Positions 37,924 through 47,994 of a stretch of 64,000 bases of DNA are shown here, one piece after another. Positions within the stretch are counted from its first letter, which is position 1; every line of letters starts with the position of its first letter. The translations under genes and the position numbers were made by a program. The stretch is from NCBI GenBank assembly GCA_964606295.1, contig CAZSFR010000001.1, positions 56,504 through 120,503 on the forward strand. The letters are read 5' to 3'. Source of the stretch: an uncultured Candidatus Saccharibacteria bacterium. Its GTDB lineage: Bacteria > Patescibacteriota > Minisyncoccia > Phycocordibacterales > UBA9973. The notes beneath the pieces are model-generated. The model had not been told where the DNA came from, searched no databases, and was given only the letters and a program-made list of their open reading frames with translations.

Positions 37924-39705
37924 CTATTTAGTTCTTATTGCTTTGTTCCTATCTATTTCCGTGAGATATTTCTTGCGTAAACGTACATTGTGAGGCGTAA
38001 TTTCCAAATATTCATCTTCATTCATCACCTCAAGTCCACGTTCGATTGAGAGTGTCCATGGAGGAACGAGATTGATCGCTTCATCTGTACCAGATGCACG
38101 AACGTTGGTAAGCTGTTTACCTTTGACTGGATTGACGGACATTTCCTCACCTTTTGATGTATTTCCAAGTACCATTCCTTCGTATACTTCTGTAGCTGGC
38201 CCGATGTAGAGCACTCCTCTTTCTTGCAAATTCCAAAGTGCGTATCCTGCCGTTTTGCCGGCAATCATTGTCACCATAGACCCAACATCTTTTTTCTTTA
38301 TCTCACCTGCATGTGCCATAAATCCTGTCACACGAGCAGAGAGAATTCCCTCGCCTTTTGTATCAATAACAAACTGTCCACGATAACCCAAAAGTCCACG
38401 TGTTGGCATTTCGAAAACAATACGTGTCACACCATCTTTCTCCTTCATTTCAAGCATTGATGCGCGACGACGAGTTAGCTTTTCGATCACAGCACCTGAG
38501 TATTCACTTGGTACATCAACAATAACTTCTTCAAATGGTTCAGATTTTACCCCGTCTACATTCTTGATTATAACTTTGGGTTGAGATACTTGTAACTCGT
38601 ATCCCTCTCGGCGCATGTTTTCCAAAAGTATTGCAATGTGTAGTTCACCACGTCCTGAGACAATATATGTTTCGTCAGTGAAATCTACCCGTAAACCAAC
38701 GTTGATTTCAAGTTCTTTCTCAAGTCTTTCACGAATTTGACGTCCAGTTACAAATTTTCCTTCACGACCGGCAAAAGGAGAATCATTAACGAGAAACTGA
38801 AGCGAGATGGTTGGCTCGTCAATAGCGATAGCGCCCTTTGGCTCTACGCTTTGATCAACACCGATTGTTTCCCCTATATAAATGTCTGGTATGCCCGCAA
38901 CGAGCGCAATATCACCAGTGACCAATTCTTTGACTTCTTCGCGTGCAAGCCCGTTGAAATTCATGAGTTTTGTGATTCGGCCATTTCGTGATGTGCCGTC
39001 TGGCTTTTTGACAACAACAATACTACCGGTCGCTATTTTGCCAGCATAGACACGGACGAGTGCTAAACGTCCGAGAAAATTGTCGTACGCTAGGTTAAAT
39101 ACTTGCGAAACAAATGGCGCGTTTGTGTCACCAGATGCGAGTGCGACTTTTTCTAATATGAAGTCCAAAAGAGGTTCTAACGTCGTGGATTCTTCGTCCA
39201 ATGTTCGCTTTGCTATTCCCTGACGTCCGATAGCATAAAGAGTCTCAAAATTAAGTTGTTCGTCCGTTGCACCAAGTTCCATGAAAAGTTCAAAGACTTC
39301 ATCGTGAACTCGTTTTGGGTCAGACTGTGGTTTGTCTATCTTGTTGATGATGACAATTGGTTTTAGTCCTAGTTCAAGTGACTTTTTGAGTACAAATCGA
39401 GTCTGAGGCATCGGACCTTCAACGGCGTCAACCAAAAGTAAGACTGCGTCGATAGCACGAAGGACGCGTTCAACCTCAGAGCCGAAGTCTGCGTGACCAG
39501 GGGTGTCGACTATGTTTATCTTAGTCCCCTTAAAAATGACAGATGTGTTTTTGGAGTAAATAGTGATTCCTCGTTCCTTTTCGAGATCGTTTGAGTCCAT
39601 CGAAGCACCTTCTGGCAACATGTTGCAGAATTTCATAAGTGCATCGGTAAGAGTTGTCTTGCCGTGGTCGACGTGTGCGATTATTGCGATGTTTCTGATT
39701 TCCAT
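37924..39705 (-). CDS. typA: Ribosome-associated GTPase TypA/BipA. Start is at MEIRNIAIIAHVDHGKTTL.
   Basis: G1 AHVDHGKTT, G3 DTPGHADF, NKID. C-terminal domains as in BipA. Confidence 0.9.
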   Translation of the reverse strand: MEIRNIAIIAHVDHGKTTLTDALMKFCNMLPEGASMDSNDLEKERGITIYSKNTSVIFKGTKINIVDTPGHADFGSEVERVLRAIDAVLLLVDAVEGPMPQTRFVLKKSLELGLKPIVIINKIDKPQSDPKRVHDEVFELFMELGATDEQLNFETLYAIGRQGIAKRTLDEESTTLEPLLDFILEKVALASGDTNAPFVSQVFNLAYDNFLGRLALVRVYAGKIATGSIVVVKKPDGTSRNGRITKLMNFNGLAREEVKELVTGDIALVAGIPDIYIGETIGVDQSVEPKGAIAIDEPTISLQFLVNDSPFAGREGKFVTGRQIRERLEKELEINVGLRVDFTDETYIVSGRGELHIAILLENMRREGYELQVSQPKVIIKNVDGVKSEPFEEVIVDVPSEYSGAVIEKLTRRRASMLEMKEKDGVTRIVFEMPTRGLLGYRGQFVIDTKGEGILSARVTGFMAHAGEIKKKDVGSMVTMIAGKTAGYALWNLQERGVLYIGPATEVYEGMVLGNTSKGEEMSVNPVKGKQLTNVRASGTDEAINLVPPWTLSIERGLEVMNEDEYLEITPHNVRLRKKYLTEIDRNKAIRTK

Positions 39706-39848
39706 ATTTTTGATATGAGACAAAATAAAAATCTGCGCTTCCGCAGAAAGTAACAAATGTATGATAACAGAAAATCGTAAATTGTCAAAATTTATATTGA
39801 ACTAGCAAATATGCCAAATTTACCGTATGCTTAATTCAAACCTTAACT

Positions 39849-40178
39849 ATGAAGAAACAAACAAAGCAACAGAGGGTAATCACCTTTGTCGCACTTATCG
39901 GGTTTATTGTATTGCAAATCTCGACACATTCTTTGAAGCTTCTGCTCTGGCAGGAAATTCTATTTGGAATCATTATTGTTATCTGGATTAGGTCAATCAA
40001 CACTCCCTTGTGGCATATGTACTTATTGATACTGATTCTGCATGTTCTTGCCATACTCATATCCGGTTTTGCGGTTGAGTCTTATGAGAAACTTATGCTT
40101 GGCTATTGGATATATCTTTTTCTCTGCGCTATACCAGTTTGCCTCGGGTATCTCATTAGCTACTATGCAAGAAAATAA
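39849..40178 (+). CDS. Hypothetical small membrane protein (3 TM).
   Basis: 109-aa hydrophobic ORF. Ends at a convergent bidirectional terminator. Confidence 0.4.
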   Translation: MKKQTKQQRVITFVALIGFIVLQISTHSLKLLLWQEILFGIIIVIWIRSINTPLWHMYLLILILHVLAILISGFAVESYEKLMLGYWIYLFLCAIPVCLGYLISYYARK

Positions 40179-40182
40179 TTTG

Positions 40183-40224
40183 AAAAAATTTGCTTCACCG
40201 TTTTCCTACGGTGAAGTTTTTAAT
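40183..40224. terminator. Bidirectional intrinsic terminator (CUUCACCGU-UUUCCU-ACGGUGAAG) between the convergent small membrane ORF and rseP.
   Basis: 9-bp perfect stem flanked by an A-run and a T-run. Confidence 0.55.
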
Positions 40225-40232
40225 ATCCTAAA

Positions 40233-41327
40233 CTAAAAGAGGTGTACTATGTCACGCACAGTAACAAGAAGCATAAGCGCAATCAAAACATAAAATCCAA
40301 TCGCATTTGTCAGAGAAAATATTCTGGGAGGAATTTGCTTTTTTGTGATAGCCTCAATACCAACAAAAAGGAGTCGTCCTCCATCTAGTGCTGGAAAAGG
40401 GACGAGGTTGATGACAGCAAGATTGAGTGAAATAATGGCTGTCAAAGACAGGAGATGGGTAAATCCGAAACTTGCGGCGTCTCCGACTATGCTAACGATA
40501 CCAACAGGGCCGGTCACACTGCCTAGATCAGTTGAGCCTGTAAATATTCCTCCAAGTCCTTGCGCCACTGCTTTTGTCATATTGACCGTCGCGCTGAAAC
40601 CAGTTCCGATAGAAGCAAAGAAAGGCAGTCTGAGCACTCCCACCATATCCATACTAATCCCTATACCAGCATGACCGTCGACTATATTGTCTTTTGGGGT
40701 GACGACTACCTCACGGTTACCCCCTTCACCGTTCACTGTAAAAACTATTTCTTCGTTTGAGTGACTCTTGATAAATCCCTGCAACAATTCAGGTGTTGGA
40801 GCATCAATGACAGTTTGATTTTTGTCCTCTATTTTGAGCACTGTGTCTCCAGCGACAAGCCCTGCTAGTGCAGCAGGAGAATCAGCTGTCACACCCAAAA
40901 CAGTCAGCGTAGGTTCTTGTATAAATTTGCCTTTATCTATTCCCTCTCCAGCAGATGTCGGAAGTCCAACCATAAAACCTATAGAAATCAGAAACCACGC
41001 TAACAAAAAGTTCATCGCCACCCCTGCAACCAACACCAATGCTTGAATATATTTAGGCTTGGAAACAAAGCTGTCAGGTTTTGTCTCGGTTTTGCCTTCG
41101 AGCTGGTCTTCGTAGTTTTCACCGTGGATTTTGACAAATCCCCCAAATGGAATCCAATTTAGAGTATAGTCAGTACCATTTTTATGAAACAATTTCTTTG
41201 CACGCGGTGGAAAGCCGATACCAAATTCATCAACGCGTATACCAGCCCGCTTTGCCACAATAAAATGTCCTAGTTCGTGAACAAGGATAAGGACAAATAG
41301 GATTATAATGAAAATGATTATGTTCAT
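40233..41327 (-). CDS. rseP: Site-2 (RIP) zinc metalloprotease RseP with a PDZ domain.
   Basis: HELGH at the N-terminus, an internal PDZ domain, and an LDG motif in a C-terminal TM helix. Confidence 0.85.
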   Translation of the reverse strand: MNIIIFIIILFVLILVHELGHFIVAKRAGIRVDEFGIGFPPRAKKLFHKNGTDYTLNWIPFGGFVKIHGENYEDQLEGKTETKPDSFVSKPKYIQALVLVAGVAMNFLLAWFLISIGFMVGLPTSAGEGIDKGKFIQEPTLTVLGVTADSPAALAGLVAGDTVLKIEDKNQTVIDAPTPELLQGFIKSHSNEEIVFTVNGEGGNREVVVTPKDNIVDGHAGIGISMDMVGVLRLPFFASIGTGFSATVNMTKAVAQGLGGIFTGSTDLGSVTGPVGIVSIVGDAASFGFTHLLSLTAIISLNLAVINLVPFPALDGGRLLFVGIEAITKKQIPPRIFSLTNAIGFYVLIALMLLVTVRDIVHLF

Positions 41328-41332
41328 ATTAT

Positions 41333-41887
41333 TTAATTGTTCATGATTTCATTTTGCTTTATTTCAAAAAGAGATTCGAGTTTTGCGTTCGTATCATCAA
41401 CTCGTTTTTGTAACTCTTCTTTCGAACGGAACTTATCATCCTCTGACATCTCACCGTTCTTTTCTTTTTCTTCTATTTCCTTCTGTGTCTTCTCTCGAAC
41501 AGCGCGCACGCGAATACGAGCTTCCTCCATTCTTTCTTTCAAAACTTTTACCATTCTTTCCCTATTCTCTGTTGTTAACATTGGAAAAATCACACGCAAA
41601 CCAATCTCATCTGTTGCCGTTGAAAGCCCGAGATTTGCAGCACCTATAGCTTTCTCGATTTCCTTTACCTGAGACTTATCCCAAGGAGACACGCGTAGTG
41701 TTTTGGGATCTTCTATTGATATTGAGGCTATATTCTTAATCGGCATCATCGCTCCATAGTTTTCTACTTGGATAGAATCCAGAAAAATAGGGCTAGCCTT
41801 TCCGCTATGTAGTGTCATGTACTCATTTTTGAGCCAGTCTGCTACCTTTTGGAATTCTTCGTTTGCTTGATTGAACTGATATGACAT
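41333..41887 (-). CDS. frr: Ribosome recycling factor.
   Basis: Similarity to RRF throughout. 184 aa. Confidence 0.9.
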   Translation of the reverse strand: MSYQFNQANEEFQKVADWLKNEYMTLHSGKASPIFLDSIQVENYGAMMPIKNIASISIEDPKTLRVSPWDKSQVKEIEKAIGAANLGLSTATDEIGLRVIFPMLTTENRERMVKVLKERMEEARIRVRAVREKTQKEIEEKEKNGEMSEDDKFRSKEELQKRVDDTNAKLESLFEIKQNEIMNN

Positions 41888-42026
41888 TTGCCAATTATAC
41901 CGCGATGCGATAATTTCTCATAATATATATTCTTAGGCTATAGTTTGGAAGACTATTGCAGTATCAAAACTTGCTCCAATACACAGACAAGGCCTGTATA
42001 TTTCACGTGCGGTGAAGAAAGGGTCA

Positions 42027-42713
42027 TCAATCAGTGGAAGGAATGGTCAGCGCGAGAGATTCGAGGAGCATCTTGGTCATTGCGCCTCGGTCTCTTAGAT
42101 ATGATTTTGTTTCAAGAAGCTTTCTCATACTATCAGCACTCACACTTCCATTTTTCATTTTTTCATACATATATTGCTCGAGTGCATCGACAAGCAATAG
42201 TGCTTCTGCTCTGAAAACACTTTCCTCTTTGTTTTTCTTTTTTTTTGCATTCATTTTTTCAATAATAACTATCCGCTCACTCGAACTTGCTTTCAAAAAG
42301 CTTTTTGCTTCTGCGACATACGTCTCTACTCTGTGAATATCTTTGTATATAGTAAATCGTGAGAGAAATGTGTCTGGAAATTGGACATAAGGAGATGCAA
42401 AAAAGAAAAAACGAGTTTTGTCTCCTGGTTCTTCTACCATTTTCAATATTGTTTGCACTGCTTCATAGTTGACACCGCCAAAGGAAGCAAAAATGAGTCT
42501 TTCTCTGGTATCGTTTGGCATGAGCGAAAGTGAAGCACGAAGTTCTCGTGCTTCGTCTATAGTGAGCATATCAAAATTGTATTCTTCGACAGCAAAATTA
42601 TTTTCACCATTGTTCTGGATCAATTCTCTCGCCTGCGACAAGAGTTTCTCTCTTTCTCCAATCAAAAGATATGCGTGATGAGTAAATGGTGTCTGCAAAA
42701 ATTTTTCCATCAA
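42027..42713 (-). CDS. holB: DNA polymerase III delta-prime-like clamp-loader subunit (AAA+ fold without a P-loop).
   Basis: HAYLLIG…IDEAR…MVEEPGDKTRFFFFA resembles the delta-prime sensor/box motifs. No GxxGxGK. Confidence 0.5.
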   Translation of the reverse strand: MMEKFLQTPFTHHAYLLIGEREKLLSQARELIQNNGENNFAVEEYNFDMLTIDEARELRASLSLMPNDTRERLIFASFGGVNYEAVQTILKMVEEPGDKTRFFFFASPYVQFPDTFLSRFTIYKDIHRVETYVAEAKSFLKASSSERIVIIEKMNAKKKKNKEESVFRAEALLLVDALEQYMYEKMKNGSVSADSMRKLLETKSYLRDRGAMTKMLLESLALTIPSTD

Positions 42714-42725
42714 ATATATGCGACT

Positions 42726-43739
42726 TTATCGTTTGCTTAAAATTGACTTCTTGTATGTGTCCAAGTGTTCAAGTGCGATACCTGTGCCTTTGACGACACA
42801 ATAAAGAGGATCCTCAGCAAGTCGAGCACGCACGCCAGTTTTTCGGAAAACCAAATCGGTTAGATTGCGAAGGGATGATGTTCCTCCTGTCATAATGATA
42901 CCTTGGTCAATAATGTCAGATGCGAGTTCGGGGGGTGTTTCTGTTAGAACATCTTTGATCGCACGAATGATTTGCTTCAATTCACCATCAATAGCTTTGA
43001 CAACTTCGTTCGTCGAAATATTTGCTGAACGTGGAAGACCTTGGATAAAATCTCGCCCTTTGATAACGACTGTGAGTTCTTCTTCTACGGCAATAGCAGC
43101 ACCTATTTTAATCTTCACCAATTCTGCGGTACGGTCACCTATCGAAAGGTTGTATGTTTTCTTGATGTAATCCGCGATCGCCTGATCGATTTTGTTACCA
43201 GCGCACTTTACAGAAGTCGAAGCGACAATACCGCCAAGAGAAATCACCGCAACGTCTGTGGTTCCTCCGCCAATATCCACCACCATATGTCCACGCGACT
43301 CATGTATCGGAATTCCTGCTCCGATAGCCGCAAGGATAGGCTCCTTCACGACGTATGCATTCTTTGCTCCCGCGCGAATAGTCGCTTCCACGACCGCACG
43401 TCGCTCTGTCGAAGTGATACCTGCAGGCACCGATACCATGACATCAGGTCTGAAGAAACCGTACTTACCGAGCGCTTTCCTGATGAAGTAGCGAAGCATC
43501 GCTTCTGTCACTCTATAATCTGCGATCACGCCGTCTTTCATAGGACGATACGCAATGATGTTCTCTGGTGTCTTCCCTACCATTTCTTTTGCCTCGACAC
43601 CGATAGCGAGCACTTTGTTATCTTCTTCAGATACAGCGACGACTGATGGCTCGTTGAGCACAATACCCTTTCCCGGCACATACACGAGAGTGTTTGCCGT
43701 TCCCAAATCTATTCCCAATTTCTTCGAGAAAAATCCCAT
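42726..43739 (-). CDS. mreB: Rod-shape-determining actin homolog MreB.
   Basis: GIDLGTANTLVY…, DIGGGTTDVAV, and overall MreB similarity. Confidence 0.9.
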   Translation of the reverse strand: MGFFSKKLGIDLGTANTLVYVPGKGIVLNEPSVVAVSEEDNKVLAIGVEAKEMVGKTPENIIAYRPMKDGVIADYRVTEAMLRYFIRKALGKYGFFRPDVMVSVPAGITSTERRAVVEATIRAGAKNAYVVKEPILAAIGAGIPIHESRGHMVVDIGGGTTDVAVISLGGIVASTSVKCAGNKIDQAIADYIKKTYNLSIGDRTAELVKIKIGAAIAVEEELTVVIKGRDFIQGLPRSANISTNEVVKAIDGELKQIIRAIKDVLTETPPELASDIIDQGIIMTGGTSSLRNLTDLVFRKTGVRARLAEDPLYCVVKGTGIALEHLDTYKKSILSKR

Positions 43740-43793
43740 ATATTGAGCATACTACCATAGAACGAGGACATGTGAAAAAGAAATATTTTAGCT

Positions 43794-43822
43794 TTGACAA
43801 CAATGAAATTTAGATGTAATGT
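43794..43822 (+). promoter_or_regulatory. Candidate sigma-70-type promoter for pyrE: TTGACA, 17-bp spacer, TAATGT.
   Basis: -35 at 43794-43799 and -10 at 43817-43822. pyrE ATG at 43846. Confidence 0.4.
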
Positions 43823-43845
43823 GTAAATGAACTAAAAGAAATTCA

Positions 43846-44805
43846 ATGAAAAAAATAAAAGAATATGCGGAACTTCTCGCAAAGGCTTCCCTTGAAATCG
43901 GGAGCATACAACTACGGCCAAATGATCCATTCATTTGGGCAAGTGGGACTCGTAATCCTATATACAATGATAACAGAATGCTTCTAGCTGAGTACGAACA
44001 TCGCATGCTAGTGACAAAGTCACTCATTGATGTTCTTGCTGAAAACGAAATTGGGCTACAGCACGTAGACTACATCTGCGGAACATCGCTCTCCGGCATC
44101 GGACCAGCGTCAACTCTCGCCGACATCCTTCACAAGAAAATGCTTATATTTGTAGATGATACTCCATACGAGTTCTCCTCTGTGATGAATTTACCGATTG
44201 GAAATTCGTACAATAGAAGCATTGTATCGTCTGCACCATTTGGCATACCACTTGGCGTGCTGTTTGCAAACATGTACAAACTTCGATTTTCGTACGTTCG
44301 CCCAGCAGTAAAAAAACATGGATTAAAGAAGTCGATCGAGGGAGCGGATGTAGTGAACGAAGATTTCGATTTAATCAACGTTGGCGATGATCAGGCTAAG
44401 TCGAACTGTTTATCAGCACTAAGCAATCAAGATCTACATTGCAAAACAGTGACCCATTACTCGCCTGAAAATATTTTTCAAAAAGCAGAGCTTTCAAACA
44501 AATGTGTGATTGTTGTAGAAGACTTGATATCTACAGGAGCTTCATTTGCAAAGGAGGCAGACGCATGTAAAAAGGCAGGCGCAGAGGTACTATGCGTACT
44601 AACTATATTCAATTACGAGCTAGAAAGCTCAAAGGAATTGATAGCAAAAGCTGGGTATGAAGTATATTCAGCACTCACGTACCAACAGTTACTTCAGACA
44701 GCTGTTGAATTAAAATTTGTTGATGAGAATCAACTAAAAGTGCTGAAGGAATGGCGGGAGGATCAACCCAATTGGGGAGATAAGCATGGTTTTCCAGTAA
44801 AATAA
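43846..44805 (+). CDS. pyrE: Orotate phosphoribosyltransferase, with an inserted segment of about 100 aa (319 aa total).
   Basis: N-terminal OPRTase block (…IGSIQLRPNDPFIWASGTRNPIYNDNR…) and PRPP-binding motif VIVVEDLISTGAS. Confidence 0.7.
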   Translation: MKKIKEYAELLAKASLEIGSIQLRPNDPFIWASGTRNPIYNDNRMLLAEYEHRMLVTKSLIDVLAENEIGLQHVDYICGTSLSGIGPASTLADILHKKMLIFVDDTPYEFSSVMNLPIGNSYNRSIVSSAPFGIPLGVLFANMYKLRFSYVRPAVKKHGLKKSIEGADVVNEDFDLINVGDDQAKSNCLSALSNQDLHCKTVTHYSPENIFQKAELSNKCVIVVEDLISTGASFAKEADACKKAGAEVLCVLTIFNYELESSKELIAKAGYEVYSALTYQQLLQTAVELKFVDENQLKVLKEWREDQPNWGDKHGFPVK

Positions 44806-44846
44806 ATAAAAACGTGGTGCAAATATTTGCACCACGTTATTTTTTT
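44806..44846. terminator. Perfect bidirectional intrinsic terminator shared by convergent pyrE and pyrF (ACGUGGUGCAAA-UAU-UUUGCACCACGU, A-run on one side and T-run on the other).
   Basis: 12-bp perfect stem. The T-run overlaps the pyrF stop. Confidence 0.7.
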
Positions 44847-45697
44847 TAATATGCTGTTAGTAATCGTCTTTTGCATCTCCTGATCTCTTCATCAAGTTTC
44901 AGAGCCTCTCGTCCTGCAGCCTCCGCAAAATCACCTCCAGAGCTTGCAAAAATGATTCCACGTGATGAATTTATGATGAATCCGACGCCCTCGCTATTGG
45001 CAGCAGCTCTCACTGATTTTTCCAAATCACCGCCCTGCGCTCCGATGCCGGGCACAAGGAGATTAATGTCATCTCCAACAATTTCTCTGATGCGAACAAT
45101 AGTGTCCTCTGGCTGTGTTGCACCTGTCACCAGATTGCAATTGCCATATATGTTCCATCCATTTTCTACATTTAGCGCAATCTTCTCGTAAAGATACATT
45201 CCGGATTCTTGCCCTCTTTCATCACTTTGAAATTCCTCTGCACCCTTGTTCGATGTTGCACAAAGGGCGAATGCACCTTTTTCTGAATCGGAAAGAAAAG
45301 TCATATTGGCCGTACCACCCATGAACGGAGCAATCGTGATCGCGTCAACCCCAAGCTGATGAAAAGCATAATCAACGTAGCCAAGATTGGTATTATCGAT
45401 ATCACCCCATTTTGCATCCAAAATGATAATCGCATCAGTTTGTTTTCTGATATACAAAACTGTTTCCTCAAGTGCACGCATTCCATTGATACCTGCACCA
45501 AGATAGAATGCGAAATTGGGTTTGTAGAATCCGGCAATATTCTTGGTTGCATTAATGATATCGTGGTTGAACGCGAACTGCGGAAACTCACTTCTCCAGA
45601 TTCCCGAAGGAAGTTTGCTTTTGTCACTGTCAAGTCCAACGCAAACATGTTTGCCGTCAGACTTTTGCTTTTCCATAACTCTTTGATTAAATCTCAT
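44846..45697 (-). CDS. pyrF: Orotidine-5'-phosphate decarboxylase, type 2 (long form).
   Basis: 283 aa. N-terminal …CVGLDSDKSKLP… and a KxxD-type catalytic region typical of type-2 ODCase. Confidence 0.75.
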   Translation of the reverse strand: MRFNQRVMEKQKSDGKHVCVGLDSDKSKLPSGIWRSEFPQFAFNHDIINATKNIAGFYKPNFAFYLGAGINGMRALEETVLYIRKQTDAIIILDAKWGDIDNTNLGYVDYAFHQLGVDAITIAPFMGGTANMTFLSDSEKGAFALCATSNKGAEEFQSDERGQESGMYLYEKIALNVENGWNIYGNCNLVTGATQPEDTIVRIREIVGDDINLLVPGIGAQGGDLEKSVRAAANSEGVGFIINSSRGIIFASSGGDFAEAAGREALKLDEEIRRCKRRLLTAY

Positions 45698-45777
45698 AAA
45701 AAAAATTTTGTTTGAAAATAAATTTATCTCAATGAAATTACCACATACTTCGACTCTTGTAAACTAAAACATCTGAG

Positions 45778-47715
45778 GTGGTCGGAATGCTATACTCTTC
45801 ATATATGTACGTCCTCGATGTTATCGTCATTGCCAAAGGCATACAGAAGGAAACCCTTACTTACTTCTCACTCAAGGAAGCACTGCCAGGGACGCTTGTT
45901 CGTGTGCCTGTGCGAAGCAAGATCTACCCGGCTCTTGTCGTTTCGATGAAGGACGCAGTCGATGTCAAAAGCGAAATCAAAAATTCTCCATTTGGATTCA
46001 AGAGAATAGAGAGCATTGTAGGAAACGCGCCTTTTCGCAAGGAGTCCGTGCAAGTTGCGCAGATTCTTGCTGACTATTACCTGACCGAGACAGGGGCGAT
46101 CCTCGACCTTTTCGTGCCAGAAGCAATACTTGACGAGAAAATGCCTGAGGCCAAGAAACATGAACAACGTAAGTTTACTAGTGTTCGAAACGAAAAGCTT
46201 ATTTTCCAAGCATCATTTGATGACCGAATATCTTATTACAAAACATTCATACGAGAGGCCTTTGCGCGAAAGGAATCGATTGCCCTCATTGTGCCAACCA
46301 TCAACGACGCAACCCTTTTTTATGAGCATCTCTCAAAGGGAATCGAGGAGAACGTCGTTTTACTCACAAGCAATCTCACGTCGAAGAAAACTCAGACAAC
46401 TTGGAGAAAGGTTCTTGACGAATCTCACGTCAAACTGATTATTTCAACTCCACTTTTTCTGTCACTTCCACGCACAGATGTGAGTATTCTTATTATTGAA
46501 AGAGAATCCTCGAGTGCATATACTTCACGAACGCGTCCTCATGTCGACCAGAGACTCTACGCGGAAGTGCTGGCAACAAAGCTCGATATGAAAATTATAT
46601 TTGCAGATACTTTGCTTCGTGTTGAGACGATTGCACGACGTGAGCAAGGAGAATTCGACGAAGTCATGCCGACATCATTTCGCTTACCGCCAGTTCGCGA
46701 TTTGCAGATTATTTCTATGATTGATAATGCAAACAAAACACCTCTTTCTCCGTATTTCTCACCACAATTGATTGATCACATAACGCGTTCGCTTTCATCA
46801 AAACAAAATGTATTCTTGTTCGCTCTTCGCCACGGCATCGCAACGAAGATTACTTGCGCGGATTGCGGACTTGTTGTCTTGTGTGATAAATGCAACGTGC
46901 CATTCACTCTCTTTGAAAAGGACAAAAAGCGAATTCTTATATGCAAAAATTGTAAACTGGAGAAAATCGCACCAACTCATTGTCAGTCTTGCGAAAGTTG
47001 GCGACTCCTCCCGCTTGGTGTTGGTGTCGAAGCACTTGCAGAAAGTGCAAGAATACTTTTCCCCGAAGTACAAATATTTCGAATTGATAGCACGCAGAAT
47101 AAATCACCAAAGAGCGCCACTCTAATTGCGAAATCATTTGAGGAATCCGGTGGAGCTATACTTGTTGCTACAGAAATGGCATTTGGTTATCTCACGTCCC
47201 CGGTTTCATCTTGTGCGGTTATTTCATTCGACACACTACTTTCACTTCCACATTTTGACCGCGAAGAGCGACTGGCGCAACTACTTGGAACACTATCCCT
47301 CGTTGCGGACAGGTCACTCATTGTTCAAACCCGACATCCAGACAGTCACCTGCTCGTGAGCATGCAGGGTGGTTCAATGCTCGATTGGTATAGAAAGGAA
47401 ATTCAAAGCAGGAAGGATGCCAACTACCCTCCTTTTGCCCGTCTTATACGACTCTCGTATGTAGGACCAAGGGAAAAGGAAGAAGACCTTCGCCGTTACG
47501 CAGAATCTCTTCTCATTGGTTATCACCCACACTCCTATCGCGGACCTCATCACGGCATATTCAGAGAAACTCCATATCTTCTTCTTCAGTTAGCACCGAC
47601 TCTTTGGAGTACAAATAAAGACGTGGCACATCGCGACAATGTCTTGCTCCCTATACTACTGCGACTAAAGGGTGTCTGGGATATAGAAATAGACCCGAAG
47701 AACCTATACAACTAA
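45778..47715 (+). CDS. priA: Primosomal protein N' (PriA) homolog with a Cys4-Cys4 zinc-binding region but degenerate Walker A and Walker B motifs. The true start may be Met10 at 45805.
   Basis: The PriA zinc region CADCGLVVLCDKCNVPF…ICKNCKLEKIAPTHCQSCES is present. The N-terminal 3'-binding/WH region is PriA-like. At the Walker A position the sequence is RISYYKT rather than GSGKT, and at the DEEH position it is IIERESS. Confidence 0.7.
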   Translation: MVGMLYSSYMYVLDVIVIAKGIQKETLTYFSLKEALPGTLVRVPVRSKIYPALVVSMKDAVDVKSEIKNSPFGFKRIESIVGNAPFRKESVQVAQILADYYLTETGAILDLFVPEAILDEKMPEAKKHEQRKFTSVRNEKLIFQASFDDRISYYKTFIREAFARKESIALIVPTINDATLFYEHLSKGIEENVVLLTSNLTSKKTQTTWRKVLDESHVKLIISTPLFLSLPRTDVSILIIERESSSAYTSRTRPHVDQRLYAEVLATKLDMKIIFADTLLRVETIARREQGEFDEVMPTSFRLPPVRDLQIISMIDNANKTPLSPYFSPQLIDHITRSLSSKQNVFLFALRHGIATKITCADCGLVVLCDKCNVPFTLFEKDKKRILICKNCKLEKIAPTHCQSCESWRLLPLGVGVEALAESARILFPEVQIFRIDSTQNKSPKSATLIAKSFEESGGAILVATEMAFGYLTSPVSSCAVISFDTLLSLPHFDREERLAQLLGTLSLVADRSLIVQTRHPDSHLLVSMQGGSMLDWYRKEIQSRKDANYPPFARLIRLSYVGPREKEEDLRRYAESLLIGYHPHSYRGPHHGIFRETPYLLLQLAPTLWSTNKDVAHRDNVLLPILLRLKGVWDIEIDPKNLYN

Positions 47716-47762
47716 GTCGTTTCCATTTGCAAAATGAAATTTGTTGTGTTAATCTAACGTTT

Positions 47763-47993
47763 ATGGCAACAATCCAAATCAATGTTCAAAAGAATTCAGG
47801 AGAGACAAGCGCAAGCGTGCTTCGTCGATTCACAAAGAAAGTTCAGGAGACTAGAATTATTCAGAAAGTAAAAGGACAGCGTTACAACACCCGCCCAAAA
47901 TCCTCACTAGTTCGCAAGAAGGGTGCTCTCCGACGAATCGCAAAACTCAAAGAAACTGATCGTCTAAAGAAGCTCGGCAAAATCAAGGAATAG
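47763..47993 (+). CDS. rpsU: Ribosomal protein S21.
   Basis: …ASVLRRFTKKVQETRIIQKVKGQRYNTRPKSSLVRKKGALRRIAKLKE matches the S21 pattern. Confidence 0.65.
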   Translation: MATIQINVQKNSGETSASVLRRFTKKVQETRIIQKVKGQRYNTRPKSSLVRKKGALRRIAKLKETDRLKKLGKIKE

Positions 47994-47994
47994 T

